From Candidatus Multivoradales bacterium (GTDB lineage Bacteria > Acidobacteriota > Thermoanaerobaculia > Multivoradales > J023): a stretch of DNA of 64,000 nucleotides. Shown here piece after piece: positions 47,141 through 57,506 of the stretch (position 1 is the first letter of the stretch; each line of letters starts with the position of its first letter). Made by a program: the position numbers and the translations under genes. Under the pieces are notes generated by a model. The model saw only the letters and a program-made list of their open reading frames with translations, made no database searches and was not told the DNA's origin. The stretch is from the NCBI GenBank assembly GCA_965248925.1, contig CBDFLE010000006.1, positions 2,432,001-2,496,000 of the forward strand. Reading direction: 5' to 3'.

Positions 47141-47985
47141 GCTATTCCTCTTGAATCATCCAAGTAGGCCACCAGCCCTGCTTCCCAGGATTCGGCGGGC
47201 CGGCCGACAGCGGCCTCGAAACGTTCAACACCGAGCACCGAGTAGGGCGGTCGGCAAGCAGGTCGTGGAAACTCCTCGGTGGGCACCGGGCTGATCTCGT
47301 GCCCGGGCCGCACATGGCTTGAGATGGCGACGGCGAAGCCGTGCCAGGACACCGCCTGGCGATTGCGATAGTGCATCACCCCATGGCTGCCACGCTGCGC
47401 TAGATCCCAAATGGCGCGCGCCAAATAAGGGGTGTAGGTGGGACAACCCGTCTGGTCGTCCACCACTCGCAAAGGGGTGCCGGCAAGCATCAAGCGTCGC
47501 ATGGTGAGAACAAAATTCGGGCCACCCGGCCCAAAAAGCCAACTCGAACGCAGCACCAAGGCGCGTCGATAGCGCAAAGCGCTCTGCTCACCGAGCAACT
47601 TGCTCTCGCCATAGACCGACAACGGGCCGGTGTCGGCATCCTCAGGGTAGGGCTCGCTGCCGCCGCCAGCAAAAACATAGTCGCTCGACACCTGGACCAA
47701 CGCCGCGTCGTGTAGCTCGGCCGCCGCCACCGCGTTCTCGACCGCTCGGCCATTGATCTCCAAAGCGTGCTCGCGCTGTTCTTCGCAGGCATCGACCTGG
47801 GTGAAGGCGGCACAATTGACGATCAGTTGCGGACGGAAGGTATCGGCCCAGTAGAGCAGCCGTTGGCGGTCGGTCAAATCGGCTTGCGAACTTGACAGCG
47901 CGAGCACCGCCACATCCCGCCGCCGCCACTCGGCAGCCACCGCTTGGCCCAACATGCCTGTACCGCCCAACACCAAAGCACGCAT
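47137..47985 (-). CDS. rmlD: dTDP-4-dehydrorhamnose reductase
   Basis: GGTGMLG, NCAAFTQVDACE, SSDYVF, YGESK, VVDDQ.GCPT. Confidence 0.92.
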   Translation of the reverse strand: MRALVLGGTGMLGQAVAAEWRRRDVAVLALSSSQADLTDRQRLLYWADTFRPQLIVNCAAFTQVDACEEQREHALEINGRAVENAVAAAELHDAALVQVSSDYVFAGGGSEPYPEDADTGPLSVYGESKLLGEQSALRYRRALVLRSSWLFGPGGPNFVLTMRRLMLAGTPLRVVDDQTGCPTYTPYLARAIWDLAQRGSHGVMHYRNRQAVSWHGFAVAISSHVRPGHEISPVPTEEFPRPACRPPYSVLGVERFEAAVGRPAESWEAGLVAYLDDSRGIA

Positions 47986-47996
47986 CGACTGCCTCC

Positions 47997-49067
47997 TCAG
48001 GCTATGCCCACCTCGGAGTTGTCTCCGAGCATGAAGCGATAGGCCTTGGGCTTGATGTCGGGGCGAGCGATGCGCACGTTGCGGCCGATCAACGAGCCGT
48101 CGATGCGGAGCGGCACATCGCTGATCTCGCTGTCGGCGAGGACGATCGAGTTCTCGATCTCGCAATGGGACAGCCGGCAGCCATCGCCGATCGAAGTGTA
48201 GGGGCCGACGAAGGTGTGGCTCAGCCGCACCCCATTGCCGATCACCGCCGGCCCGCGCACCACGCAATCGTGCAATTCGGTATTGGCGCCAAGCTGCACC
48301 CGCCCTTCAATCCGATTACCGGCGCTGGTGGCATGCCCACCATGGGGGATATTCATCGATTCGAGCACGATGTGGTTGGCTTCGAGCATGTCTTCCAGTT
48401 TGCCGGTGTCTTTCCACCATCCCCGGATTTTGTGCGGATGCACACTGAGCCCGCGATCGATCAGGTCCTGAATCGCATCGGTGATCTCCAGCTCGCCCCG
48501 CGCCGAGGGCCTGATCCGGTGCACCGACTCGAAAATCTTGGCGTCGAACATGTAGACCCCAACCAGGGCCAGGTTGGAGCGCGGTTCGGCGGGTTTCTCG
48601 ACCAAACGCTCGACCCGGCCGTCGGCGGTCAGCTCGGCAACCCCGAACTGCTGCGGATTGGGTACTTCGGCAAGCAAGATCTCGCTGTTGCAACCCAGTT
48701 CCTGGAACTCCTCCACCAGCGAAGTGATGCCACCCGCGATCAGATTGTCGCCCAGGTACATGACGAAGGAATCGTCGCCGATGAAGTCCTCGGCGATCAT
48801 CACCGCATGGGCCAAACCGCGGGGTGCGTCTTGCTCGATGTAAGTCACGCGGGCGCCGAATTGACTGCCATCGCCCACCGCTGCCTTGATCTCGTCTTTG
48901 GTCTCACCGACGATGATGCCGATCTCGGTGATGCCGGCGGCAACAATCGACTCGATGCCGAAAAAGAGCACCGGCTTGTTGGCCACCGGCACCAGCTGTT
49001 TGGCCGAGGTGTAGGTCAGCGGTCTGAGCCGTGTACCTTTGCCACCGGAAAGAATCAATCCTTTCAT
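47997..49067 (-). CDS. rmlA: glucose-1-phosphate thymidylyltransferase (long form)
   Basis: LSGGKGTRLRPLT..AKQLVPVANKP, YLGDN, EKP, PSARGELEIT, WWKDTG. Confidence 0.92.
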   Translation of the reverse strand: MKGLILSGGKGTRLRPLTYTSAKQLVPVANKPVLFFGIESIVAAGITEIGIIVGETKDEIKAAVGDGSQFGARVTYIEQDAPRGLAHAVMIAEDFIGDDSFVMYLGDNLIAGGITSLVEEFQELGCNSEILLAEVPNPQQFGVAELTADGRVERLVEKPAEPRSNLALVGVYMFDAKIFESVHRIRPSARGELEITDAIQDLIDRGLSVHPHKIRGWWKDTGKLEDMLEANHIVLESMNIPHGGHATSAGNRIEGRVQLGANTELHDCVVRGPAVIGNGVRLSHTFVGPYTSIGDGCRLSHCEIENSIVLADSEISDVPLRIDGSLIGRNVRIARPDIKPKAYRFMLGDNSEVGIA

Positions 49068-49126
49068 TTCTTTTCTACTCTGGACCGCGCCAAGGTCCCG
49101 CGGTCACGGGTCACGGAGCCCGGCGC

Positions 49127-51571
49127 TCAGGAGGAACCGAGCCTGCCGGTGAGGTCCAAGAAAGTGCCCACGTTCTTGAGCGTGAACGAGAAGCGGTAAT
49201 CGCGGTCGGTGTCACGCTGGGGGCTGTTCACCCCACCTTGGCGCAACTTCGATTCGCGGTATTCGAGTTCCAAGCTGTAGCAACTGCCGATATAACGAAT
49301 GAAGTGACGCTGTTGCAGCAGCTCTTTTGCCAGCAAGTCGTAGCTGACCCCCGAATCGAGATAGAGCCGTTCCGGTAGCAACGAGAAACTGGTGCTGAAG
49401 CGCAACTGATCACTGCGCCGACGCTTCACCTCCTCATTATCGGTCAAGCGGAAGCGGGTGAACCAGCTGACTCCGAAACCATGGTTGCCGATCTTGCTAC
49501 CACCGCTCAAGGAGAAATTCTCCACCTGGCTGAAGAGGGTGCTGTACCGGGTTTCGAGCTTGAAGCTGGTTTCGGGATTAGGATTGAAGCGAAACAAGCC
49601 GTTGATCGGCCCCGCCGAACGGGTCGCCGGCATCCCATCCAGAGTTCCCCGCTGACCGGGAAGGTCGTCGTCGAGGCTAACGCCCTGGCTGAAGCTCAGC
49701 GAGGCGATTTCGAATGCGCTGCCTTCATTGCCATCTTCATCCGGCGGTGGCTTGGCGAGGATCCGATTGGTCAGAGTGAAGAACAGTCCGTTGACCGAAA
49801 ATAGCGGATCAACCTCGTCGAAGAGGAAGATCCGGTCTTGGTCAGAAGGACCGTCGCCGCCGTCGGTGGCATTCATACTGCCATCAACGAAGGCATATTG
49901 AATCCGCGGCTCGATGATGTGCTTGAGCTTGCCTTTCTTCTTTTTGCCGCCTTCACGATCGTAAATCCGCGAGAAGCTTGGCCCGATTAGCTCCAAGCTG
50001 GCGGTAGGAAAGGTACGTACCAGGCTGTCACCGGTAAACTTGGTGCGCGCCGCGTCGACGACCTCGCCATCGTCGTCGAGAATGTCGGCTCCATTCAGGC
50101 TGTCGGAATACCAGGTGAATCGCTGTCCCAGCTTCAGTTCGGCCGACAACCATGGCAGACGGCTCAAGGGAATCGATATTTCCGGCAGCAGGTCGGCGCG
50201 CTGGTAGGCGTAATTGAACTCTTCAAACTTCGCTTCGCGACCGCTGCCGTCGGTAAGAACTTCGAGATCGATTTCAAAACTACTCACCGAACTCAGCACA
50301 CTGAGATAGATCGGCAGCTTGCCCAGCTTGTTGTTGCGCAACCGGTATTCGACCTCGGGCAGCTGGCGACGCACGTCCAGAGTGCCGGTGCCGCTAGTGG
50401 GACGAATGATCTCACGCTGGTCGACCTGGAAATTCAGCGAGTGGTTGCCAAAACTACGACTCAGATGCCCTACTGAGTAGACTTCGGCCCGGGTCTGGCG
50501 TGACACATCGCGCTCGTACTCTTGCTGGAAATCGAGATCGGAGTAGTCTTCGAAATGCAAGATACCCCGCCAGCCCCCCCACAGGTTGTTGCTTTGGTGG
50601 TCGTAGCGAATTCGCCACCGATTGCGGGTGACTCCTGGCTCGTAGTTACGTGGATCGAAGAAGGCGAAGATGCCATCTTCTTCGAGGCCCTCCAGACCGC
50701 TGGGCTCGTTGAGCAGGTAGCCGCTAAAGCTACCGCTCGAATCCTCGGAAAAGCGGTAGCGATATTCGGCACCGAAGCCATAAAACTGCTTGCTGTAGAG
50801 ATCGAGAAAGAAGGTGGCGTCGGCACTGCGGCCGAGGGTCTTGAAGTAAGCCAAGCCGAGGTAGCCACCGCGGCGGTTCGAATAGCCGGGCTTGGGAATC
50901 AGCATGCCGCTGCTGCGCTCGGTCTTCGCCGGCCACAGGATGTAGGGAAAATACATCGCCGGAATGTTGCCGAAGCGCATTCGCGCGTTGCGGATCCGCG
51001 CATAGCCGCCGACGGTGATCGAAGCCTTGGTCAAGGCTAGAGACCAGGGCGGTTTGTCCTCGTCGTCACAGGAGGTGAAGACACCGTCGGTGATGAGGTA
51101 CTCGTCGGGGCCCACTTTGGCGATGGTGTCACCGGTGAAGTAATACCCGGGATCGACGAAGGCCTTGCCGTTGGTGATCTTGCCGGTGCGGGTTTCGAGG
51201 TCCCATTCGAGGCTGTCGCCGGACATCCGTCGCGGCCCCTCGTCAATGATCACGTTGCCTTCGGCGGTGAGCAGGTGGGTGGCGATGTCGTAACGAGCGC
51301 GATCGGCCTGCACCTTGGTGTCGCCATACTTCAACCGCAGCCCTTCGGTGGCGAGGAAATACTCCCCCGCTTGGTACTGAAACTGGCCGGCCGAGCCCTC
51401 GATCTGGCCACCCTGTTCGAGCTTGATGTCGAAAGAGGTGCGGTCGCTGGTGTCTGCGGCCACGTCTTCTTCGGCGGCATCGGTCCGGGCGGACTGCTGG
51501 GCCTGCAACGGCAGCCCACCGGCCAGCAGGCCGAAAAGCAACAACGGAGTCACGAATAACGATCGAATCAT
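49127..51571 (-). CDS. lptD: LPS-assembly outer membrane protein LptD
   Basis: signal peptide, OstA-like N-domain, FTSC..PPW, PYILWP..R.SG.LIP, KHIIEP; beta-barrel C-terminus. Confidence 0.85.
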   Translation of the reverse strand: MIRSLFVTPLLLFGLLAGGLPLQAQQSARTDAAEEDVAADTSDRTSFDIKLEQGGQIEGSAGQFQYQAGEYFLATEGLRLKYGDTKVQADRARYDIATHLLTAEGNVIIDEGPRRMSGDSLEWDLETRTGKITNGKAFVDPGYYFTGDTIAKVGPDEYLITDGVFTSCDDEDKPPWSLALTKASITVGGYARIRNARMRFGNIPAMYFPYILWPAKTERSSGMLIPKPGYSNRRGGYLGLAYFKTLGRSADATFFLDLYSKQFYGFGAEYRYRFSEDSSGSFSGYLLNEPSGLEGLEEDGIFAFFDPRNYEPGVTRNRWRIRYDHQSNNLWGGWRGILHFEDYSDLDFQQEYERDVSRQTRAEVYSVGHLSRSFGNHSLNFQVDQREIIRPTSGTGTLDVRRQLPEVEYRLRNNKLGKLPIYLSVLSSVSSFEIDLEVLTDGSGREAKFEEFNYAYQRADLLPEISIPLSRLPWLSAELKLGQRFTWYSDSLNGADILDDDGEVVDAARTKFTGDSLVRTFPTASLELIGPSFSRIYDREGGKKKKGKLKHIIEPRIQYAFVDGSMNATDGGDGPSDQDRIFLFDEVDPLFSVNGLFFTLTNRILAKPPPDEDGNEGSAFEIASLSFSQGVSLDDDLPGQRGTLDGMPATRSAGPINGLFRFNPNPETSFKLETRYSTLFSQVENFSLSGGSKIGNHGFGVSWFTRFRLTDNEEVKRRRSDQLRFSTSFSLLPERLYLDSGVSYDLLAKELLQQRHFIRYIGSCYSLELEYRESKLRQGGVNSPQRDTDRDYRFSFTLKNVGTFLDLTGRLGSS

Positions 51572-52755
51572 GCCGAGAGCCGCTCCACGATGACCGCGGT
51601 GGCCTCGCCGCCACCGAGACAAATTGCCGCCAAGCCGCGACGCACACCGCGTTCCTGCATGGCATGTAAGAGGGTCACTACAATGCGCGCGCCGGAGGCG
51701 CCGATCGGATGCCCCAGAGCTACCGCCCCGCCCCGCACATTGAGCCTCTCTTCGGCAATGCCCAGATCCTTCATGCAGGCCAGGGCAACCACCGAGAAAG
51801 CCTCGTTGATCTCGAACAAATCAATCTCGTCAATCTGCAAACCAGCGCGTTCCAACACCCGCTGGGCAGCACCCACCGGCGCGGTGGTAAACCACTCCGG
51901 CTGCTGCGCGAAGGTGGCCTGAGCGACTAGCCGAGCCAACGGCCGACATCCCAGTTCGGCGGCTCGCTCCGCAGTGCTCAGCACCAGCGCGGCGGCGCCG
52001 TCGTTGATGGTGCTGGCATTGGCGGCGGTCACCGTCCCGCCATCGCGCTTGAATGCCGGCCGCAAGCGGGCCATCTTCTCGAAGTTCGCCCGCGAGGGCT
52101 CCTCGTCGGCCTCGACGATCCGTAGATCACCGCGGCGCTGCGGCACCTCGACAGGCACGATCTCCTGCGCTGTCAGACCCGCTTCCATCGCCGCTTGTGC
52201 CCGCTCGTAGCTGCGCTGGGCGAAAGCGTCCTGCGACTCACGGCCGAAACCGTATTCGGCGGCACAGATCTCGGCGCAGTTGCCCATGTGGAAGTCGTTC
52301 TTGGCATCCCACAAGCCGTCGTGAACCAGTGAGTCGAGCAACTGGCTGTGGCCGAGTCGCAGACCGCTGCGGGCCTTGGGCAGTAGGTAGGGTGCATTTG
52401 ACATGCTCTCCATGCCACCGGCGGCGACCAGGCCGAAGTCGCCACAGCGGAGATCGTTGGCGGCGCCCATTAGCGCCCACATGCCGGAGCCGCAAACCTT
52501 GTTCAGGGTAATGGCACCGGTAGCAGGCGGGCAGCCGGCGCCGAGAGCCGCCTGGCGAGCCGGTGCTTGGCCAACGCCGGCCGGCAGGACGCAGCCCATG
52601 TAGACCTGATCGACCTGTCCGGGATCCACACCAGCCCGTTCGACGGCCCCGCGCAGCGCTACACTGCCTAACTCGGGGCCGGTTTGACTGGCCAATGCAC
52701 CCTGAAAAGCACCGATCGGAGTCCGAGCGGCACTCAAGATGACGACGTCCTGCAT
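51568..52755 (-). CDS. acetyl-CoA acetyltransferase (thiolase)
   Basis: RTPIG, NKVCGSG, GGMESMS, EINEAF, GHPIGASG, CLGGG. Confidence 0.95.
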   Translation of the reverse strand: MQDVVILSAARTPIGAFQGALASQTGPELGSVALRGAVERAGVDPGQVDQVYMGCVLPAGVGQAPARQAALGAGCPPATGAITLNKVCGSGMWALMGAANDLRCGDFGLVAAGGMESMSNAPYLLPKARSGLRLGHSQLLDSLVHDGLWDAKNDFHMGNCAEICAAEYGFGRESQDAFAQRSYERAQAAMEAGLTAQEIVPVEVPQRRGDLRIVEADEEPSRANFEKMARLRPAFKRDGGTVTAANASTINDGAAALVLSTAERAAELGCRPLARLVAQATFAQQPEWFTTAPVGAAQRVLERAGLQIDEIDLFEINEAFSVVALACMKDLGIAEERLNVRGGAVALGHPIGASGARIVVTLLHAMQERGVRRGLAAICLGGGEATAVIVERLSA

Positions 52756-52944
52756 AAAATGTCTCCCGAGGGCCTATCGCTTCCTTCACGTCCTGGATGG
52801 CTGGAGCGGGTCGTTCGATCAGAGCATGGCGGCGGGGCTGGGGCCGACGGGCCGGCGCCCTTAATAGACCGGTGAATTGCTTTACCGCGAGTGCCGATGT
52901 TAACACAGCAGAAAGCCGCTCGCAGCGGCCAGACAAGGAGCTTC

Positions 52945-53424
52945 ATGCGGGTACTAGGGATAGATTTTGGCGAGCGCCGCATTGGTTTGGCGATCTCTGA
53001 GGAGAGTGGCGGCTGGGCTCTGCCACTGGACGCTATCGAACGCACCACCGACCGTCGCGCTATCTATCAACTGGCGGCGCTGGCCCGCTCGCGGGAAGTC
53101 GGCATGGTGGTGCTCGGCGAGCCCCGTCTGCTGGACGGTCAGCCCAGCGCCAACGCGGCGCGCATCCGACGCTTTGGCGAGCGCTTGGGCAAGGTCTGCG
53201 GCTTGCCAATTCGCCGGATCGAAGAGACCCTGACCACCGTCGAAGCCGGCGAGCGACTGCGTCAGGCCGGCTTGACGTTGCGCGGCCAGCGCCAGCGCCG
53301 TGACTCGCTGGCCGCCCAGATCCTGCTCCAGGAGTTCCTCGACCAGGCCGGACCAACCAGCGCCGATGAGGCAACTGCCAACGATCCGACCGGTCGCGAC
53401 ACGGCCGATGGCGATTTTGCATAG
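52945..53424 (+). CDS. yqgF: YqgF/RuvX pre-16S rRNA nuclease
   Basis: RVLGIDFGERRIGLAIS, EETLTT.EA, DSLAAQILLQEFL. Confidence 0.9.
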   Translation: MRVLGIDFGERRIGLAISEESGGWALPLDAIERTTDRRAIYQLAALARSREVGMVVLGEPRLLDGQPSANAARIRRFGERLGKVCGLPIRRIEETLTTVEAGERLRQAGLTLRGQRQRRDSLAAQILLQEFLDQAGPTSADEATANDPTGRDTADGDFA

Positions 53425-53433
53425 GATGGTCCG

Positions 53434-54477
53434 ATGAACCGCTGGATTCTCCGCCTGCTACTCTTGCTGCTGGTCGCCACCGCGGCCGTCGCCGGTGCTG
53501 GCATCTGGGCTTGGCGCCACATCCACCAGCCCTTTGGCACTGGCCAGCGCACGGTCGCAGTGGCCCCAGGCACCGGTGCTAGCAGAATCCTCAAGCAACT
53601 CGAACAAGAGGCGGTGATCGTCGATGCTCGGCTGGCACGAGCCTACTTGGTCTACCACCTGGGCGACCCGCCTTTGCGCGCCGGCGAGTACCTCTTCGAT
53701 GGCGAAATATCCACCCCTCAGGCACTCGCCAAGCTGATCCGCGGCGAAGTGGTGACCTACCCCCTGGTGCTGATCGAAGGACTGACCCGGCGGGAGATCG
53801 CCAGTTCGGTGGCGGCGCAAGGTTTCGGTGATGTCGATGTGCTGTTGCGCGAGACTGAGCGCAGCAGTTTGATCGCCGATCTGGATCCACTGGCCAGCGA
53901 TCTGGAAGGTTATCTGTATCCCGACACCTACCACTTCGCCCGCGGCACCGCCGAGGGGGAGATCATTGCCACTCTGGTGCGCACCTTCCGTCTTCGTTTC
54001 GAACAGCAGGTGGCGCCGCTGCTGACGCAACGCCCGGACCCGCCATCGATTCGCGAGCTGGTCAGTCTGGCAGCGATCATCGAGAAGGAAGCGCAGTTGG
54101 AGGAAGAGCGGCCGCTGATCGCCGCGGTCTACACCAACCGTCTGCGCCGCGGCATTGCCCTCTACGCCGACCCAACAGTGATTTTCGCCCTCAAGCAACT
54201 CGGTCGGTGGGACGGCAATATTCGCCGCCGTGACTTGCAGCTCGACTCGCCCTACAACACCTATCTTTATCCTGGATTGCCGCCGGGGCCGATCTGCTCG
54301 CCGCGCGCCGCCAGCCTGGCCGCGGCAGCAGCGCCTGCGAATCAGCCATTCTTGTATTTCGTCAGCCGTAACGACGGCAGCCACGTATTTGCCAACACCC
54401 TCGCCGAACACAACCGCAACGTCGAGCAGTGGCAGCGGCGCTACTGGCGGCGTAAATGGGCTGAGAAGAAGCGTTAG
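53434..54477 (+). CDS. mltG: endolytic transglycosylase MltG
   Basis: LEGYLYPDTY, AAIIEKE, L.ADPTV, SPYNTY..GLPPGPI, LYFV. Confidence 0.95.
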   Translation: MNRWILRLLLLLLVATAAVAGAGIWAWRHIHQPFGTGQRTVAVAPGTGASRILKQLEQEAVIVDARLARAYLVYHLGDPPLRAGEYLFDGEISTPQALAKLIRGEVVTYPLVLIEGLTRREIASSVAAQGFGDVDVLLRETERSSLIADLDPLASDLEGYLYPDTYHFARGTAEGEIIATLVRTFRLRFEQQVAPLLTQRPDPPSIRELVSLAAIIEKEAQLEEERPLIAAVYTNRLRRGIALYADPTVIFALKQLGRWDGNIRRRDLQLDSPYNTYLYPGLPPGPICSPRAASLAAAAAPANQPFLYFVSRNDGSHVFANTLAEHNRNVEQWQRRYWRRKWAEKKR

Positions 54478-54674
54478 AAACAGCTCCCTGGCGAGATCCA
54501 AGCGCTGGACATCCTCCGCCAGGCTGATTGGCTGGCGAATCTTGCTGGATTATCCACAGCGGTCGGAGTAGGATAAGCCTCTATATCTCTTATGAGTTAT
54601 CGCTAATTACCTATGCCATCAGGGGACCCGGAAACGTCGTTTCCCCGCGCCACGCTTTGTTTTCTGGAGCCGTG

Positions 54675-56795
54675 ATGAATACTCGCGAACAGTTCGGCAA
54701 GTACCTCCTCTTGAAGAAGCTGACCGAAGACTCGCTGGGCGAGTCTTTTCGCGCCGGCATGCTCGGCAACCAGGGGATGGAGCGAGTGGTCTTGCTACGC
54801 GTCTTCAACGGCCAGCCGATCAGCGGTGAACGGCTGTGGGAAGCAGTCGCGGATAGAGCCGGAGTGCAGCAAGTGCTGCGCAGCCCCAACATCGGTGAGG
54901 GGGTCGAACTCGGCAAAGTCCAGGGCATCCCTTACGCCGCCTACGATTACGTCTCCGGCAAGAACCTGGCCAACTTGCTGCAACAGGCCGCCAAGCGGCA
55001 GAGTTTCATCCCTACCGAGCACGCCATATTGATCACCGAGCGCATCGCTCTAGCCCTCGCCCTGGCGGGCGAAAGCCGCTTTCAAGGCGCACGGGTCCTG
55101 CATGGCTTCTTGGTGCCGCAGCTGGTGATGATCTCCAACGAAGGAGAGACCCGGCTGGTGGGCTTTGAAGTTGCTCCCGGTCTGCGCGGTTTCTCCGCCA
55201 ACCCGGTAATTCGCCAGCACTTTGGTCGCTACCTCTCGCCCGAAGCAATGGCCGGCGCGGCGACCGAAGCCTCGGACGACATCTATTCGCTCGGGGTACT
55301 GCTCTACGAGCTGCTGACCGGAGCACCACTGCCAGCACCGGCGGAAGACGGCTACAGCTCGATCATCGAACAAGCCAAACTAGCGACCGAGGGCACCCCT
55401 TTTCCGGCAGAACTCAAGGAGCTGCTCAGCCGCAGCCTGGTCACCCGCGATAACCGGCTGCAGGATGTTGTCGCCTGGCACAAGAGCCTCAACCGGTGGA
55501 TGTTCGAGGGGCAGTACAACCCGACCACCTTCAACCTGGCTTTCTTCATGCACAACCTGTTCCGTCAGGAGATTGAGCGCGAGAGCCAGGAGATCGAGGT
55601 CGAGAAGACCCTCCCCCTTCCTGTGGTGCAGGCCGGTAAGGTGCAAACCGGCACCCTGGAGATTCCCACCAACACCGAGTTGGCCGCGACTTCTGAGCAC
55701 ACCTCAGGAGCCATTCCGCTGCCTGCCGTGGCAGCAGCGGAGGCTGAAGGGCAACTCACCAGCGGCTCGACTCCAACGGTGGCCGCGGACGAGGGCAAGA
55801 AGTCGAAGACCGGATTATGGCTGCTGCTGGCGGCGTTGCTATTGGCCGCGCTGGCCGCCGGGTACTTTTTCTTCCCCCGACCCGGTCAAGACAACGAACC
55901 AGCCGCCTCGACCGCCACCCCTTTGGCGATGCAGCTGCCGGCGGAGGAATCACCCTCAGAGCTGGCCGATGGCGAAATGGTCGATGGCGAAATGGGTGAT
56001 GACGGGCTGGGCGATGGCGGATTGGCCACCGGCGAGCTGGCCGACGGCGAGAGTGCCACGGATGCTATTGCGGCCGCGGCGGCGCCAGCCGATGTGCAAG
56101 CACAAATCGACGCCATGATCGAGCAGAAAGCCACCGCCATGGAGGCACAGCTGCGCAAGAAATTCGATCAAGAACTCGCCAAGCTGCAATCAGAACTCGA
56201 AACCGCCAAGCAGGCCACCGCCAAGCGTGAAGAAGAACTCCTCGCCCAGCAGCTAGCCGAACAGCAAGAGCAGGAGGCGGCCCAGGAAGCGGAACGTCTA
56301 GCCCAGGAGGAAGCGGCGAAGCAAACCACGGCTGCTGTGGAGCAAGCCGCCGCATCCCCCACCGACCCCGCCAGCGGACCGGCCAGTGGCCCGGACGCCA
56401 CCCAGACCGCGGCAGCCTCTACACAACCAGCAGCGCAGGGTGCCACCTCTGCTCCGCCACCCAAGACCAACGTCGAAACCGTTCGTCCGAAAGTACGTCG
56501 TGGCGACTTGGTGAAAATGGGCAAAGGAGTCGTAGAACCCAAAGTGCTCCGTCGCGCCAGCCCGCGTTTCCCCGAGGTGGCTCGCCGCATGGGCAAGCCG
56601 GGCGGCACCGTCAAAGTGCGGGTACTGATCGACGAAAACGGCAAGGTGCTGCGAACGGAGCTGCTCAACAAGCTTGGCTTCGGCTTCGATGGCGAGGCCT
56701 TGAACGCCGCTAAACGAGCCACCTGGGCTCCGGCCACTAAATACGGCGTACCGGTGAAGATGTGGAAGGAACTGAGCGTCACCTTCCAGAAATAG
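54675..56795 (+). CDS. Ser/Thr pseudokinase - TM - coiled coil - TonB C-terminal domain fusion
   Basis: FGKYLLLKKL, YLSPE, DIYSLGVLLYELLTG kinase fold with degenerate catalytic motifs; TM; FPEVARR..GTVKVRVLIDENGKV..ALNAAK..WAPA..GVPV TonB_C. Confidence 0.85.
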   Translation: MNTREQFGKYLLLKKLTEDSLGESFRAGMLGNQGMERVVLLRVFNGQPISGERLWEAVADRAGVQQVLRSPNIGEGVELGKVQGIPYAAYDYVSGKNLANLLQQAAKRQSFIPTEHAILITERIALALALAGESRFQGARVLHGFLVPQLVMISNEGETRLVGFEVAPGLRGFSANPVIRQHFGRYLSPEAMAGAATEASDDIYSLGVLLYELLTGAPLPAPAEDGYSSIIEQAKLATEGTPFPAELKELLSRSLVTRDNRLQDVVAWHKSLNRWMFEGQYNPTTFNLAFFMHNLFRQEIERESQEIEVEKTLPLPVVQAGKVQTGTLEIPTNTELAATSEHTSGAIPLPAVAAAEAEGQLTSGSTPTVAADEGKKSKTGLWLLLAALLLAALAAGYFFFPRPGQDNEPAASTATPLAMQLPAEESPSELADGEMVDGEMGDDGLGDGGLATGELADGESATDAIAAAAAPADVQAQIDAMIEQKATAMEAQLRKKFDQELAKLQSELETAKQATAKREEELLAQQLAEQQEQEAAQEAERLAQEEAAKQTTAAVEQAAASPTDPASGPASGPDATQTAAASTQPAAQGATSAPPPKTNVETVRPKVRRGDLVKMGKGVVEPKVLRRASPRFPEVARRMGKPGGTVKVRVLIDENGKVLRTELLNKLGFGFDGEALNAAKRATWAPATKYGVPVKMWKELSVTFQK

Positions 56796-56801
56796 TCCTG
56801 G

Positions 56802-56845
56802 CAGAACGAAAGCGGCCGACTTCAGAGCCGGCCGCTTTCGTTCTG
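56802..56845. terminator. hairpin terminator between convergent genes
   Basis: 17-bp perfect stem CAGAACGAAAGCGGCCG / CGGCCGCTTTCGTTCTG. Confidence 0.8.
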
Positions 56846-56882
56846 GACTCTCTCCAGATAGGCTCCAGGAGCCTGCTCAAGC

Positions 56883-57506
56883 CTAGAGATCGGCTGCCTT
56901 GAGGCTCGCCATCAACTCGCTGATCATCGGCTTGAGGACTTTGTCGAACATCTTGTTGTCGTCGACGCCACCACCAATCCCACTGACGAAGACCTTAGAG
57001 GTTTTCTCCATCTTGCGCGACTCGTCGGCCCATAGGATCTCGCCGGTCTCGGTATCGATGATGCGGGCGTTCATGGCGGCGGTGAAGGTTTTTTTCTTGA
57101 CTGAGAACGACGGCAAGCCGCGGATCGACCTGGCGCGGGCACCAGAAGTCGAGGTGCCGTATTCGGTCAACGCGCCGGTCAGGAAATACTGCACACCCAA
57201 CAATCGGCCGGCTTTGACGGCGGTGGCTGTGCTGACATCGCCGGATAGCGACAAATTCTTTTCGCGCATCAGATCAGCGAGACGTTCACGATCGATGACC
57301 CGGAACTTACCGCTCTTGACCAACTCGGTGACGAAGACATCTTGTGCCGCCGCGCCACCGCGCGAGTGCCACCAGCTGTAGTCGGCCTTATTCTCGAACT
57401 GTAGTACCGCGATACGAGGCTTCTCGCTCGCGCCACCGACCGCGGGTGCCAGGGCTACCGTCGCGACCAAGATCGCGAGCATCACTAAACCTGTTTTCTT
57501 CATCAT
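56883..57506 (-). CDS. CsgG/HfaB family protein
   Basis: signal peptide, KPRIAVLQFEN, LVKSGKFRVIDRERL, A.KAGRLLG, RIIDTETGEI. Confidence 0.85.
   Translation of the reverse strand: MMKKTGLVMLAILVATVALAPAVGGASEKPRIAVLQFENKADYSWWHSRGGAAAQDVFVTELVKSGKFRVIDRERLADLMREKNLSLSGDVSTATAVKAGRLLGVQYFLTGALTEYGTSTSGARARSIRGLPSFSVKKKTFTAAMNARIIDTETGEILWADESRKMEKTSKVFVSGIGGGVDDNKMFDKVLKPMISELMASLKAADL

Noticed and set aside
47892-49199. 435-aa plus-strand ORF (also 53458..54501 minus and 62088..63146 plus)
   Set aside because: Antisense to well-supported rmlA, mltG and PEGA genes.
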